DNA of 64,000 nucleotides from Candidatus Sumerlaeaceae bacterium (GTDB taxonomy: Bacteria > Sumerlaeota > Sumerlaeia > Sumerlaeales > Sumerlaeaceae). The position numbers were made by a program, and so were the translations under genes. The stretch covers positions 192,001 through 256,000 of the forward strand of contig JBMFRB010000004.1 in assembly GCA_049968255.1 (NCBI GenBank), read 5' to 3'. The notes beneath the pieces were generated by a model, which saw nothing but the letters and a program-made list of their open reading frames with translations, made no database searches and was not told the DNA's origin. Of this stretch, positions 49,204 to 58,844 are shown one piece after another; positions within the stretch are counted from its first letter, which is position 1; the number at the start of each line of letters is the position of its first letter.

Positions 49204-49239
49204 AAAAAAAAAGCGGCTAGCGTAGCCTCGGCCAGCCGC
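49204..49239 (-). terminator. intrinsic terminator between the two nuclease paralogs
   Basis: The minus strand reads GCGGCTGGC-N9-GCTAGCCGC followed by T9. Confidence 0.75.
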
Positions 49240-49265
49240 CGCGGTTTCGCTGATGCCTTCCTGTG

Positions 49266-52061
49266 TCACTCTACGGAGAAAGCGGAAAGGACTGTTGGCA
49301 AATTCATAGCCGAAGACTTTGGTGTTTTGCTTGCCACCACCAGGAGATCCGTAGAATTATTGTCTGTGTCGAAGTAATATAGCGTCCCCGGCACGGTCTT
49401 TCTAGCATACGAGTTTATAGCACTACCGCTATTCCCCGAGAAAGCTGTACCATCCCGGTAATAATTCACGTCATTTGTCGCACCGCCAGCAAACGAAAAT
49501 CCATCGATTTTGTTCGCTGACGCCGCTGTCCCGTCGTAAAGAGCAATCGAACGTCCTGTAGTGTCGGCCATTCCGCCAAATAAACCGTTCGTGTTTGTGT
49601 CCGAAAAGTCAGGCGTAAGCCCCTCGCAAGAACTTCCGTACGGGTTCGATGCGATAAGGAAAAATGATTTTGCGGGAATGGTTCCTGTCAACGTGATAGG
49701 AGAGCCATCGCTTGTTGAACTACCTGCCCGAGTCCTGAGTTGCCAATTGTTGAGCGATACCGGAGAGGCCTCGTGGTTAGCTAGCACGATAAACTCCTGA
49801 GATGCAGTTCCAGCGCTGCTCCGTGTCGATACCATCACAATCTTCACCTTGGGTAAAGTTGGATTGATGACGGCTACAAGGTTACTCGCTTGGTCAGCGA
49901 ATGTGGGATTTGTATCGGTGCCTCCCGAAGGGGAATAAACGATTCCGTTGGCATTGACCTTGATTCCAACCATGCGTCCGCTTGGCGACGATGCGGCGAG
50001 GTCAGCGGCAATGATAAGCCTCACCGGTGCGGGCGTCACACGCACAGCGCCCCCTACCTGAAATGTAGCTGCGCCACTGCTAAGCGTGCGGAAATCAATC
50101 AGGGCTTCCTCACTGTCAATCTGGTCATTTCCGTTTTCATCCACATAAAGTTTCACCGCTGCAACGGCCGAATCATCCGCATTTCCCAACTTCGACACCG
50201 CGATCGTTCCGACATCCCACTCGTTCGCACTGGCTGTGAGCGTGAGTTTCAGGAGTGGAACATTTGTCGCACCAAGCGTTGCTGTCGTGGGTGCAAGGTT
50301 TGTGCTTGATACGCTTAGCGTGTCACCATCGTGAACTCCTCCGGTGACGGTGGCAAGCGCGGTTGAAAAATTCGAGACAGAAGGATTGAAATCGTTGCCA
50401 CCGGTCGGTGAGCTCGTGAAGCTGTTTCCAAGCACCTGAATGCCAATGGTCTGACCGTTGGAAAGTAAACTCGCGGTGTCCAACGTCACCAAAAACTGGG
50501 CGCCTACCGTTGTCACCCGCTGTGGCTGAGTCAAAGAAAAGGTTGCCTGCCCACCGGCGAAGGCACGTGTATCCAACAATGTGTCGCCGGCGTCGGCCAC
50601 ACCGTCCTGATCATTATCGAGATAGAGCCTTACAGCCGTGATTTGATTATCAGGCACGGTTCCTGTTTTGGCCACGCTGAAACCAGCAAGGTCCCATTCG
50701 TTCGAATTCGCGGTCAGATTCACTGAGACAAACGCTACGTTTGAAGCACTTGGCACAATCGTTGCAGGCGCTCTGTCGGTAAAGCTGATATTTACTGTAT
50801 CGCCGTCGCTCACACCGCCGCTCACTACAGCCGCAGTGCTACTGAACGCGGTGAAAGAAGGATCCACATCGTTTCCCCCGGTGCTCGCGTGCATTAGGCT
50901 GTTGGCGTTCACTTGGATCTGCAAGGTCTGGCCTGACGGCGCGGTTGTCGCGATGTCGGCTGTGATGAGGAAGTGGACGGTCTGAGTCGTGACGCGTGAA
51001 GGATAGGCACAGTTTAGGGTTGCATTTGCCGAACTGAACGTTGAAGTGGCTAACAAAATATCGCCAGGCGATACGCTCCCACTATTATCCATATCGCGGA
51101 AAAGTCGAACGGCCTGGATGAAGTTGTCGGCCAATGTCCCAACATTGGACACACCCACCGACTGAATGTCCCACTCACCCGTGTTTGCCGTCAGTTCTAA
51201 AGACAGCAGAGAATAATTCGTGGCGCCAGCAGCCACCGTTGCAGCTGCGCGGTTTGTGTAACTCAAAGACACTGTGTCATTGTCGGTCACCGGCCCCCAG
51301 ATCAAATAAACAAACTCTGGATGATCTACAAAAGGGTTTCGGTTGTGCTGAAACAACGCGTAAATCTGGTCGTTGCGTTGCTGCTCGCGTGCATCTGGAA
51401 GATCAAACCAGTGCCATTGCAGAAGCGTTGGGAGGACCCCCATTTCGTCATAGGCCGGCGCTGTTGTATTCTTAAGGACAAGGTCCGGTTCCCCGCCAGT
51501 TCCATCGTATCGCACGTCCATATACAGGAGTGCCCGTGCAACGTCGCCCTTTTGCGGATCCCGCACCTCGAAGCGTGTACCGGTCCAATAATTGCCGTAG
51601 GCCGAATTTGTCTGGTTCGGGTAAACGTTATCAAACACGCTGTTGCCGCGGCTGCTGTTGAGCACAGCATCCTCCGAAAAAATATGGTGGAGATCTGTGT
51701 TCGGAGGAAGAACATCAGCGCCGAGGGACTGTGGCCAGAGATGCTCGCGGTTCCATGTTGTGCCAAAATTCGCCTTTGGCTCTGAGGTTCCCTTGTAATG
51801 CAGCAAGACGTTATTGGTGTTATTCGGGTCCTCATCCAGGAGTTTGAGGGCTGCCCGCGTGTCCGTCGTGCTGCTGCTCGTGTAAGGCAGCACCGTGTGG
51901 TTCTTGATGATGTTGTGCAATGCTTGGCGCAAAGCATTGCCAGACAGCCCCATGGCGGAGTCATAGTAGCCTGGTGGCGGCGCCGCCAACACATTGGCAA
52001 CAAGGGCCCCGCAAATGATGCCCCAGAGGAGGCGTGGCAGGCGTGGGTTTTGCGTTGTCAT
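49266..52061 (-). CDS. secreted endonuclease I paralog + 3 x 159-aa repeats + lamin-tail-like domain + LPTVLSAFSVE tail
   Basis: Same catalytic motifs (WNREHLWPQS, KGDVARALLYMDVRY, NRNPFVD). Signal peptide ends VLA before PPPGYY. Confidence 0.9.
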   Translation of the reverse strand: MTTQNPRLPRLLWGIICGALVANVLAAPPPGYYDSAMGLSGNALRQALHNIIKNHTVLPYTSSSTTDTRAALKLLDEDPNNTNNVLLHYKGTSEPKANFGTTWNREHLWPQSLGADVLPPNTDLHHIFSEDAVLNSSRGNSVFDNVYPNQTNSAYGNYWTGTRFEVRDPQKGDVARALLYMDVRYDGTGGEPDLVLKNTTAPAYDEMGVLPTLLQWHWFDLPDAREQQRNDQIYALFQHNRNPFVDHPEFVYLIWGPVTDNDTVSLSYTNRAAATVAAGATNYSLLSLELTANTGEWDIQSVGVSNVGTLADNFIQAVRLFRDMDNSGSVSPGDILLATSTFSSANATLNCAYPSRVTTQTVHFLITADIATTAPSGQTLQIQVNANSLMHASTGGNDVDPSFTAFSSTAAVVSGGVSDGDTVNISFTDRAPATIVPSASNVAFVSVNLTANSNEWDLAGFSVAKTGTVPDNQITAVRLYLDNDQDGVADAGDTLLDTRAFAGGQATFSLTQPQRVTTVGAQFLVTLDTASLLSNGQTIGIQVLGNSFTSSPTGGNDFNPSVSNFSTALATVTGGVHDGDTLSVSSTNLAPTTATLGATNVPLLKLTLTASANEWDVGTIAVSKLGNADDSAVAAVKLYVDENGNDQIDSEEALIDFRTLSSGAATFQVGGAVRVTPAPVRLIIAADLAASSPSGRMVGIKVNANGIVYSPSGGTDTNPTFADQASNLVAVINPTLPKVKIVMVSTRSSAGTASQEFIVLANHEASPVSLNNWQLRTRAGSSTSDGSPITLTGTIPAKSFFLIASNPYGSSCEGLTPDFSDTNTNGLFGGMADTTGRSIALYDGTAASANKIDGFSFAGGATNDVNYYRDGTAFSGNSGSAINSYARKTVPGTLYYFDTDNNSTDLLVVASKTPKSSAMNLPTVLSAFSVE
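49851..51281 (-). repeat. three tandem 477-bp (159-aa) coding repeats
   Basis: Repeat starts at 51281, 50804 and 50327. Confidence 0.9.
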
Positions 52062-52153
52062 CTCGGTCACTTCCCTTTGCGAGGATTGAACCACTAAAAC
52101 AGATCAGAATAGCGACAGCCTTATTCCCAATTCAATAGGATTTGTCGCCGCGT

Positions 52154-53332
52154 TCAAATCTGCGCCAGGGCTTGAGCCAGATCATCGATGAGATCTTGCG
52201 AATCCTCAATTCCCACCGATAGGCGAACCAGCTCGTCCAAAATTCCCAAGCGTTTGCGTTCTTCGGGCGGATAATCGTAATAGGAAATGGTCATAGGATG
52301 AGTGACAAGCGCCTCGACACCACCAAAAGAGGGACCGATCTTGAAAAGTCTCAGCGCAGATAAGAACTTCAATGTCCGCTCCAGGTTCGCATTGAGTTCA
52401 AACGTGACCACTCCGCCGCAACCGCGCATGTACTTCAGCGCGAGCCTGTGGTCGTGGTGCGACGGAAGCCCAGGATAATAGACCTTGCGGACGCGTGGAT
52501 GGCGCTCGAGAAATTGCGCCACCAGAAAACCGTTTGTGTTGTGCCGCTCCATGCGTATGGCCAGTGTCTTCAAACCGCGCAGGAGCAGGTAACTCGTCAC
52601 AGGATCCATGACCCCGCCAGTCGTGTTACGGTAGTCGCGGATAAGCTCGATGAGATCCTTGCGACCCAACGCTGCGCCGCCGAGCAAGTCGTTGTGCCCG
52701 CCCAGGTATTTGGTCGCGCTATGCACAACGAGATCTGCTCCTTGCGCGAGCGGTTGCTGGTTCACAGGTGTTGCAAACGTCGCATCTACCACAAGAAGGA
52801 AACCATAGCGCTCCTTGAGCTCGCGTAGGGTGTCCATGTCCGCAATGTTGAGGTAAGGATTCGTCGGCGACTCACTAAGCACGAGTTTGGTTTCGGGGTG
52901 CTCACGCAGGACCTGTTCCATTTCATTGTAGTCGCCCATTTTCACCACACTTGTGCGAATGCCGAAGCGCGGAAGCACCTTTTCACAAAACATCAACGTC
53001 TTCTTGTAGACGTCATCAGTAAGGATGAGGCGATCACCTTCGTGCAGGAGACCAAGAAGCGTGCAGCTCACCGCCGTCATTCCAGAATCGAAAACTTCCG
53101 CGTCTTCCGCCCCTTCGAGCTCACGAAGTTTTTTGATCACCACAGCGGTGGTGGGATTACCGTATCGACCGTACTCAAAACGGTCAACTTTGCCAGTGAC
53201 GTAATCCAGAACCTCTTCCATTGTGGCAAATGTATACGAGGAGGTGAGGACGATAGGCGTCGTGATAGAATCCATGTACTGACGTTCGGGCTCACCTGCA
53301 TGAACCGCTCGTGTCGAAATCCCCAGAGTCAT
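52154..53332 (-). CDS. cystathionine gamma-synthase / trans-sulfuration PLP enzyme (MetB family)
   Basis: YGRYGNPT, ESPTNP, VDATFATP, HSATKYLGGH and RLSVGIED. Confidence 0.92.
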   Translation of the reverse strand: MTLGISTRAVHAGEPERQYMDSITTPIVLTSSYTFATMEEVLDYVTGKVDRFEYGRYGNPTTAVVIKKLRELEGAEDAEVFDSGMTAVSCTLLGLLHEGDRLILTDDVYKKTLMFCEKVLPRFGIRTSVVKMGDYNEMEQVLREHPETKLVLSESPTNPYLNIADMDTLRELKERYGFLLVVDATFATPVNQQPLAQGADLVVHSATKYLGGHNDLLGGAALGRKDLIELIRDYRNTTGGVMDPVTSYLLLRGLKTLAIRMERHNTNGFLVAQFLERHPRVRKVYYPGLPSHHDHRLALKYMRGCGGVVTFELNANLERTLKFLSALRLFKIGPSFGGVEALVTHPMTISYYDYPPEERKRLGILDELVRLSVGIEDSQDLIDDLAQALAQI

Positions 53333-53580
53333 TGAATAAATCTCCAGTTTATTAGTCGAGATTTTCCGCAACCACTCCTAAAATCGCAGGTGCACTAGAT
53401 TCAGCCTCGTTCTTCTCTCCATAAAAACCACTTGCACACTGCGGCTCCATTCAGCGAGGAATTAGGGCGAGAAATGCAAGACAGATCGGCGAGGCCCACG
53501 GACTCTCACCGCGAGGCTTCGCCGAATGAGCGATTTTGGAACGTTTTATTTCAATCTATTCTGTTCGAGGAAAGTGCCAC

Positions 53581-55188
53581 GTGCCTACTAAGCAAAATCC
53601 CATAGGGTACCTCTGTCTGGTTCTCCACGCCCATCTGCCCTTTGTGCGACATCCGGAGTTTGAAGATCCGCTCGAGGAGGACTGGCTCCACGAGGCCATC
53701 ACAGAAACCTATCTGCCCTTGCTCAGCTACATGGAAGATTTCCTTCGCGATGGCATAGATTTTCGCCTCACGATGAGCATCACGCCCCCCCTTGCGGCCA
53801 TGCTGGGCGACAAACTCCTTCAAGATCGCTATATTCGGCATCTAGAAAAGCTCATCGAACTGGCTGAAAAAGAAACTATACGCACGCGATTCCAACCTGA
53901 GTTCAACGCTCTCGCCCACATGTATTTGCGTAAATTTCGCCATTGCTACAGCATGTTTGCTGAAAAGTACCGAGGGAACATTCTCGAAGGCTTCCGCCAG
54001 GTGCAGGAAACGGGTAAGCTGGAAATTATCACATGTGGCGCAACACATGGCTTCCTCCCGCTTCTCAATGTCAACGATGCCGCCGTGCGCGCCCAAGTGA
54101 CTGTCGGCCGACAGGCCTACGAGCATACCTTTGGGCGCTCGCCGCGTGGAATCTGGAACGGAGAATGTGGGTACTATCCAGGCCTCGATGAGCATTTGGC
54201 AGCCAACGGAATCCGCTTCTTCTTTGTGGACGCTCACGGCATTCTCCACGCAAGCAAGCGCCCACGCTATGGCGTCTATGCGCCGCTTTATTGCCCCAGT
54301 GGCGTTGCGGCTTTCGGTCGCGATCCTGAATCGTCTAAATCCGTCTGGAGTGCCGAAGAAGGCTATCCCGGCGATTACAACTATCGCGAGTTCTATCGCG
54401 ACATCGGTTTCGATCTCGACTACGAGTACATCCGCCCCTACATCCATGAGAGTGGGCTACGTATCAATACGGGGATAAAGTACTACCGCATCACAGGCAA
54501 AACTGCCCACAAAGAGCCTTACAACTACGAGCGCGCACTTGAGGTCGCGGCGACTCACGCGGGCAACTTTATGTTCAACCGTCAGAAGCAGGCCGAGTAC
54601 CTTCGTAGCCTCATGGATCGGCCGGCTATTATTGTGTCACCCTACGACGCAGAACTTTTTGGACATTGGTGGTACGAAGGGCCAGATTTTCTCAATTTCC
54701 TCACTCGCAAAATGCATTTCGATCAAGACATGCTGGCCATGATCACACCGAGCGAGTACCTCGAACTTTACCCCAAAAATCAGGTAGCTGTGCCTTCGCT
54801 CTCGAGCTGGGGACACAAAGGCTATTGCGAGGTCTGGCTAGAGGGCAGCAACGATTGGATCTATCGACATCTCCATAAAGCGGCGGACCGCATGGTGGAG
54901 CTCGCTAACCAATATCGACACACCTCTGATCGTCTCATTGAGCGAACACTCAACCAAGCCGCACGGGAACTGTTGCTGGCGCAATCGAGCGATTGGGCGT
55001 TCATCATGAAAACGCGGACAATGGTCGAATATGCGGTGAGACGCACCAAGCAGCACATTTTGGCTTTCACGGACCTCTATGAAATGGTCAAGCGGGGTCA
55101 GATTGACGAGGGCTATCTCAGTGACCTCGAATACCGGAACAATATATTCCCCTTCCTCGACTTCCGAGTCTACGCGACGGAGAAGTGA
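53581..55188 (+). CDS. GH57 1,4-alpha-glucan branching enzyme (DUF1957)
   Basis: LHAHLPFVRHP, ATHGFLPL, WNGEC, PYDAELFGHWWYEG and LLAQSSDWAF. Confidence 0.95.
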   Translation: MPTKQNPIGYLCLVLHAHLPFVRHPEFEDPLEEDWLHEAITETYLPLLSYMEDFLRDGIDFRLTMSITPPLAAMLGDKLLQDRYIRHLEKLIELAEKETIRTRFQPEFNALAHMYLRKFRHCYSMFAEKYRGNILEGFRQVQETGKLEIITCGATHGFLPLLNVNDAAVRAQVTVGRQAYEHTFGRSPRGIWNGECGYYPGLDEHLAANGIRFFFVDAHGILHASKRPRYGVYAPLYCPSGVAAFGRDPESSKSVWSAEEGYPGDYNYREFYRDIGFDLDYEYIRPYIHESGLRINTGIKYYRITGKTAHKEPYNYERALEVAATHAGNFMFNRQKQAEYLRSLMDRPAIIVSPYDAELFGHWWYEGPDFLNFLTRKMHFDQDMLAMITPSEYLELYPKNQVAVPSLSSWGHKGYCEVWLEGSNDWIYRHLHKAADRMVELANQYRHTSDRLIERTLNQAARELLLAQSSDWAFIMKTRTMVEYAVRRTKQHILAFTDLYEMVKRGQIDEGYLSDLEYRNNIFPFLDFRVYATEK

Positions 55189-55256
55189 TTCCCCCGCAGG
55201 ATTTCGGGATTTCGCTCATGCGTGGCCAGTCTGGAACTCGTGTCCTAGACTGGCCA

Positions 55257-55940
55257 CTATTCTTGTTTGGTCCCTGATAGCGCACGGATCCGAAGGATGT
55301 CGAGCACCTGCATAAGAGGATTCATCCTCTTTTTTGCGAGTTCCGGATTTTGCGCAATCGCCAGTTTTTCATCCACCTCCGCAAAGGGATCTGCGTAGTT
55401 CAATTTTGCGGCTGTGGCAACGAATTCTTCCGGCGACATATTTAGAAGTTCTGCGAGACGGCTGTTAGCTTCGCTTAAAGCCTCGAACTGAATCTTCATG
55501 TCATCGGTGATATTCTTTTGTTCAGATAACTTGCTAACCGAAGCAGCAAGATCAAGCACCTCGATATAGAGGCTCTTATGCTCTGGCAGGGATTTGTGTG
55601 CTTCGATTTCATCGGCGATCACCTGTCGCGCACGTTTTGTCACTTTTCGATGTGCACTGATAAGGTCATCAATGGTTTGCGGAGTCATTGTTCGCCAAAT
55701 CCATAGACCAGCAACAATTCCCCCTGCAATGATGACGAAGATGACGACAAGGAATAGCACGCGGCCTCCAGAACCTGTCGTCTGCTGTTCAATAGTTGAC
55801 GCTGGCGGACGTGCATAAGTTTCTCCCGCATATTCGCGTTCTCGCACCTTGCTGAACACAGCTCCGCAATAGTCGCAAATCTCTTCATTTTGCGAGAGCT
55901 CTCCGCATTTTGGGCACCGCCAGCCACTGTAATCTTCCAT
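55257..55940 (-). CDS. hypothetical zinc-ribbon / single-TM protein
   Basis: CPKC-x8-CDYC, one TM segment, a helical C-terminal domain, and a GGAG RBS. Confidence 0.75.
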   Translation of the reverse strand: MEDYSGWRCPKCGELSQNEEICDYCGAVFSKVREREYAGETYARPPASTIEQQTTGSGGRVLFLVVIFVIIAGGIVAGLWIWRTMTPQTIDDLISAHRKVTKRARQVIADEIEAHKSLPEHKSLYIEVLDLAASVSKLSEQKNITDDMKIQFEALSEANSRLAELLNMSPEEFVATAAKLNYADPFAEVDEKLAIAQNPELAKKRMNPLMQVLDILRIRALSGTKQE

Positions 55941-56024
55941 TGCAAATTCTCCGTCTTTTCACTCAGTAGGGTCTAGAGCGAGCGTACCGCGCGTCAGTTT
56001 ATCTGATCTGTTTGATGCCGCTGT

Positions 56025-57344
56025 CTAGAGTTCGATAAAACGGTCCCAAATTACCTGCGCCAGACGTTGTGCTTTATCAAGCTCTTCGTAAAGGCGCTCA
56101 TCCACGAGTTTGTGGTTCCTCACAAGCCATTGTCCCGCCACCATTGTGGAATGCACGAATCCCGGGGCAAAACAGAAAAACCAGTGGCCGGCAAGATTTT
56201 CCGAAGTCAGCGGCGTTGCGGCGGGATAATCGAGTAAAACCAGATCTGCTGGCGTCCCAGGTCGTAGCAGTCCCAAGGGGATATCAAGGAGCTCGCTGGC
56301 AAGTTGAGCCGCTCCACCTAGCCAGCGTAGCGGCGCATCGAACGGCAATCGCGCACCCACATCACGCATCTTGAAAAAGGCTGTTTTCGATTCGCTGAAC
56401 ATGTCGGCGTCAATGCCATCAGTGCCTAACGCGAGACGGCCTCGCGACAGTTCCTCGATACGCGCATATCCCACACCGTTGTTCATGTTTGAGCGAGGAT
56501 TGTGTGCAATCCAACAACCTAAATCGTATGCTAGACGGATTTCGTCAGCGGTGAGATGTGTGCAATGAGCCAACACTGTGCCAGGGCGCAAAATTCCTGC
56601 TTGAGCCAAACGCCCAATCACCCGTTGCCCGCACCGCTGCAGCGCGTCCTGGTTGTCGGATTCTGCCTCCGCGCAATGGATATGAATGCCCACAGCGTAA
56701 TGATCCGCAAGTTCTGCCAGCTTGTGCAGTGCGTCGTCGCCTAAAGTGAAAGAAGCGTGGGCCCCCACAAGTCCGGCGTACCAATTCTGGATTCGGCCGT
56801 TAGCAAGAAAATCCGCGTTTTCATCCAGTCCGTCCCGCGATCCCCTCAAACCATTGCGATCGGTCACTTCGTAGCAAAGTACGCCACGCAGTCCCACACG
56901 TTCGAGAGCACGACGCACCAGTCCCAAAGATCCCCGGATGCACGACGGTGAGGCATGGTGATCAATCAGCGTTCCTGCGCCACACAGCGCGCCACGCACC
57001 GCTCCCACGAGGGCACTGTAATAGATACCCTCTTCGTCAAGAGCCCGATCGAGCTTCCACCAAATTTCCTCGAGAATCTCCACAAAGTTGGTCGGGGTTT
57101 TGCGCGGAGCAGGTAGACCCGTGGCCAGACTTGAATAGAGATGGGTATGCCCCACAACCAGAGCTGGCATGGCAAGAAGTCCTGAACAATCCACGCACTC
57201 CCCGCTACCAACGATCCCACTGGGCACGGGTGCCTTCTCGAAGACATTCACAATGCTATCGCCCTCAACGAGAATCGAGCACCGTGGCACGACTCGCGGG
57301 GGACAGTACTCAACAAGCGTCACATTTTCTAGAAGCGTGGCCAT
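56025..57344 (-). CDS. SsnA-like amidohydrolase
   Basis: HTHLYSSLA, WWKLDRAL, DHHAS, CYEVTDRNG, GAHASFT, HNPRSNMNN and GTDG. Confidence 0.85.
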   Translation of the reverse strand: MATLLENVTLVEYCPPRVVPRCSILVEGDSIVNVFEKAPVPSGIVGSGECVDCSGLLAMPALVVGHTHLYSSLATGLPAPRKTPTNFVEILEEIWWKLDRALDEEGIYYSALVGAVRGALCGAGTLIDHHASPSCIRGSLGLVRRALERVGLRGVLCYEVTDRNGLRGSRDGLDENADFLANGRIQNWYAGLVGAHASFTLGDDALHKLAELADHYAVGIHIHCAEAESDNQDALQRCGQRVIGRLAQAGILRPGTVLAHCTHLTADEIRLAYDLGCWIAHNPRSNMNNGVGYARIEELSRGRLALGTDGIDADMFSESKTAFFKMRDVGARLPFDAPLRWLGGAAQLASELLDIPLGLLRPGTPADLVLLDYPAATPLTSENLAGHWFFCFAPGFVHSTMVAGQWLVRNHKLVDERLYEELDKAQRLAQVIWDRFIEL

Positions 57345-57539
57345 TGCTTCAGTTCCTTTTTCAAAACCATTGGTTCTTAGAGACCGCGGTGCCATTGCGC
57401 GCGATCATGTTGTTTCGAAATCACAATGCTTTCGCAATAGCTCTTGGGATTGCTAGAAGAATGCGACAAAAGAGTGCACACTTCGTTCTGAATCGTCTGC
57501 GCGATCAGGATTATCTGAAAACAAAAGGTTGGTGAAAAC

Positions 57540-58682
57540 GTGAGCACGCAATCTATTCTTATGGGCGAGATTCCTCGTTGGTTACTCACTCGAGCAGAGT
57601 TTGCTGGAATCCCAGAGGTTGCGGAAAAGGTGGCAGCTGGCGAGCGGCTTAGTTTCGAGGACGGAGTGCGCCTCTTCGAGTGTCCTGATCTTCCGCTATT
57701 GGGTTTTCTTGCAGAAATTGTTCGCCGCAAAAAAGTAGGCAACTACGCATTTTTTAATCGCAACCTGCGGATCGACTACACGAACATCTGCAACAAGAAG
57801 TGCCTCTTTTGCGCATTCGACCGCTTGCCCGGTGAACCCGGGGGCTATGTCCTTGACCCTCAAGAAATTCACGCCAAAGTTGTTGAGCATCTCGCAACAG
57901 GCATCACCGAGGTGCATATGGTCGGGGGAATTAATCCAAAGCTCCCGTTTCAGTATTACCTCGACGCACTGTGTGCAATTAAGGCTGCAAATCCGCAAAT
58001 CCACGTGAAAGCTTTTACAGCTGTCGAAATCGCCCAGATTATCAGAATCTCCAAGCTTTCACCTGAAGAAACGCTCCAGGCTCTGCGCGAAGCAGGCCTC
58101 GATTCATGCCCCGGTGGTGGGGCGGAAGTGCTCAGTGATCGCGTTCATGACGAACTTTATCCGATTAAAATCGGGCCCAAGCAATGGCTCGATATTCAGC
58201 GCCTTATTCACAAATCGGGACTGCGTTCCACAGCAACCATGCTCTACGGTCATATTGAAACACGCCAAGAGCGAGTGGAGCATATGGTTCTGCTGCGCGA
58301 GCTGCAGGACGAAACTGGCGGCTTTCTCGCATTCGTCCCTCTTGCCTTCCATCCGGGAAATACAGAGCTATCTTACTTGCCAGGACCGACAGGAGCTGAG
58401 GACCTACGTACCATTGCCGTCTCGCGTCTCATGCTCGACAATTTTGACCATATCAAAGCATACTGGGTCATGCTCACCCCCAAAGTTGCCCAAACGAGCC
58501 TAGCTTTTGGCGCTGATGATCTCGACGGTACAGTCATCAACGAAACCATTGTTCACGAAGCCGGAGCCAAAACACCACTTGGCCTCACTGTGGAAGAGCT
58601 GGTACGTCTTATCCGCGAGGCTGGCCGCGTCCCTGCCGAACGCGATTCTCTCTATCGGGTCATTCACACATGGCATAACTGA
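57540..58682 (+). CDS. mqnE: aminofutalosine synthase (radical SAM)
   Basis: TNICNKKCLFC, HVKAFTAVEI, PGGGAE, ATMLYGH, HIKAYW and DLDGTV..E.IVHEAG. Confidence 0.88.
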   Translation: MSTQSILMGEIPRWLLTRAEFAGIPEVAEKVAAGERLSFEDGVRLFECPDLPLLGFLAEIVRRKKVGNYAFFNRNLRIDYTNICNKKCLFCAFDRLPGEPGGYVLDPQEIHAKVVEHLATGITEVHMVGGINPKLPFQYYLDALCAIKAANPQIHVKAFTAVEIAQIIRISKLSPEETLQALREAGLDSCPGGGAEVLSDRVHDELYPIKIGPKQWLDIQRLIHKSGLRSTATMLYGHIETRQERVEHMVLLRELQDETGGFLAFVPLAFHPGNTELSYLPGPTGAEDLRTIAVSRLMLDNFDHIKAYWVMLTPKVAQTSLAFGADDLDGTVINETIVHEAGAKTPLGLTVEELVRLIREAGRVPAERDSLYRVIHTWHN

Positions 58683-58844
58683 TTGCTTTGCGATGGGGTA
58701 GGCCACATGAGCTCGAGGGCAATGCCAACGCGACAGTTTTTCCTGGCTCCTTGCTCGCACGAGTGAATGCTGAGATGGAACTGTCTCTATCCTTTCAATG
58801 TCTAAGTCAGAAACCGATGTTTTTGGGAAGGAGCATAGGAGGAA

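Noticed and set aside
46940-51281. Repeats as a CRISPR array or mobile DNA
   Set aside because: They are in-frame, divergent at the DNA level and conserved only as protein. There are no spacers or cas genes.
53333-53580. SAM riboswitch upstream of the metB-family gene
   Set aside because: No SAM-I core consensus was recognised on the minus strand. An Infernal scan would be decisive.
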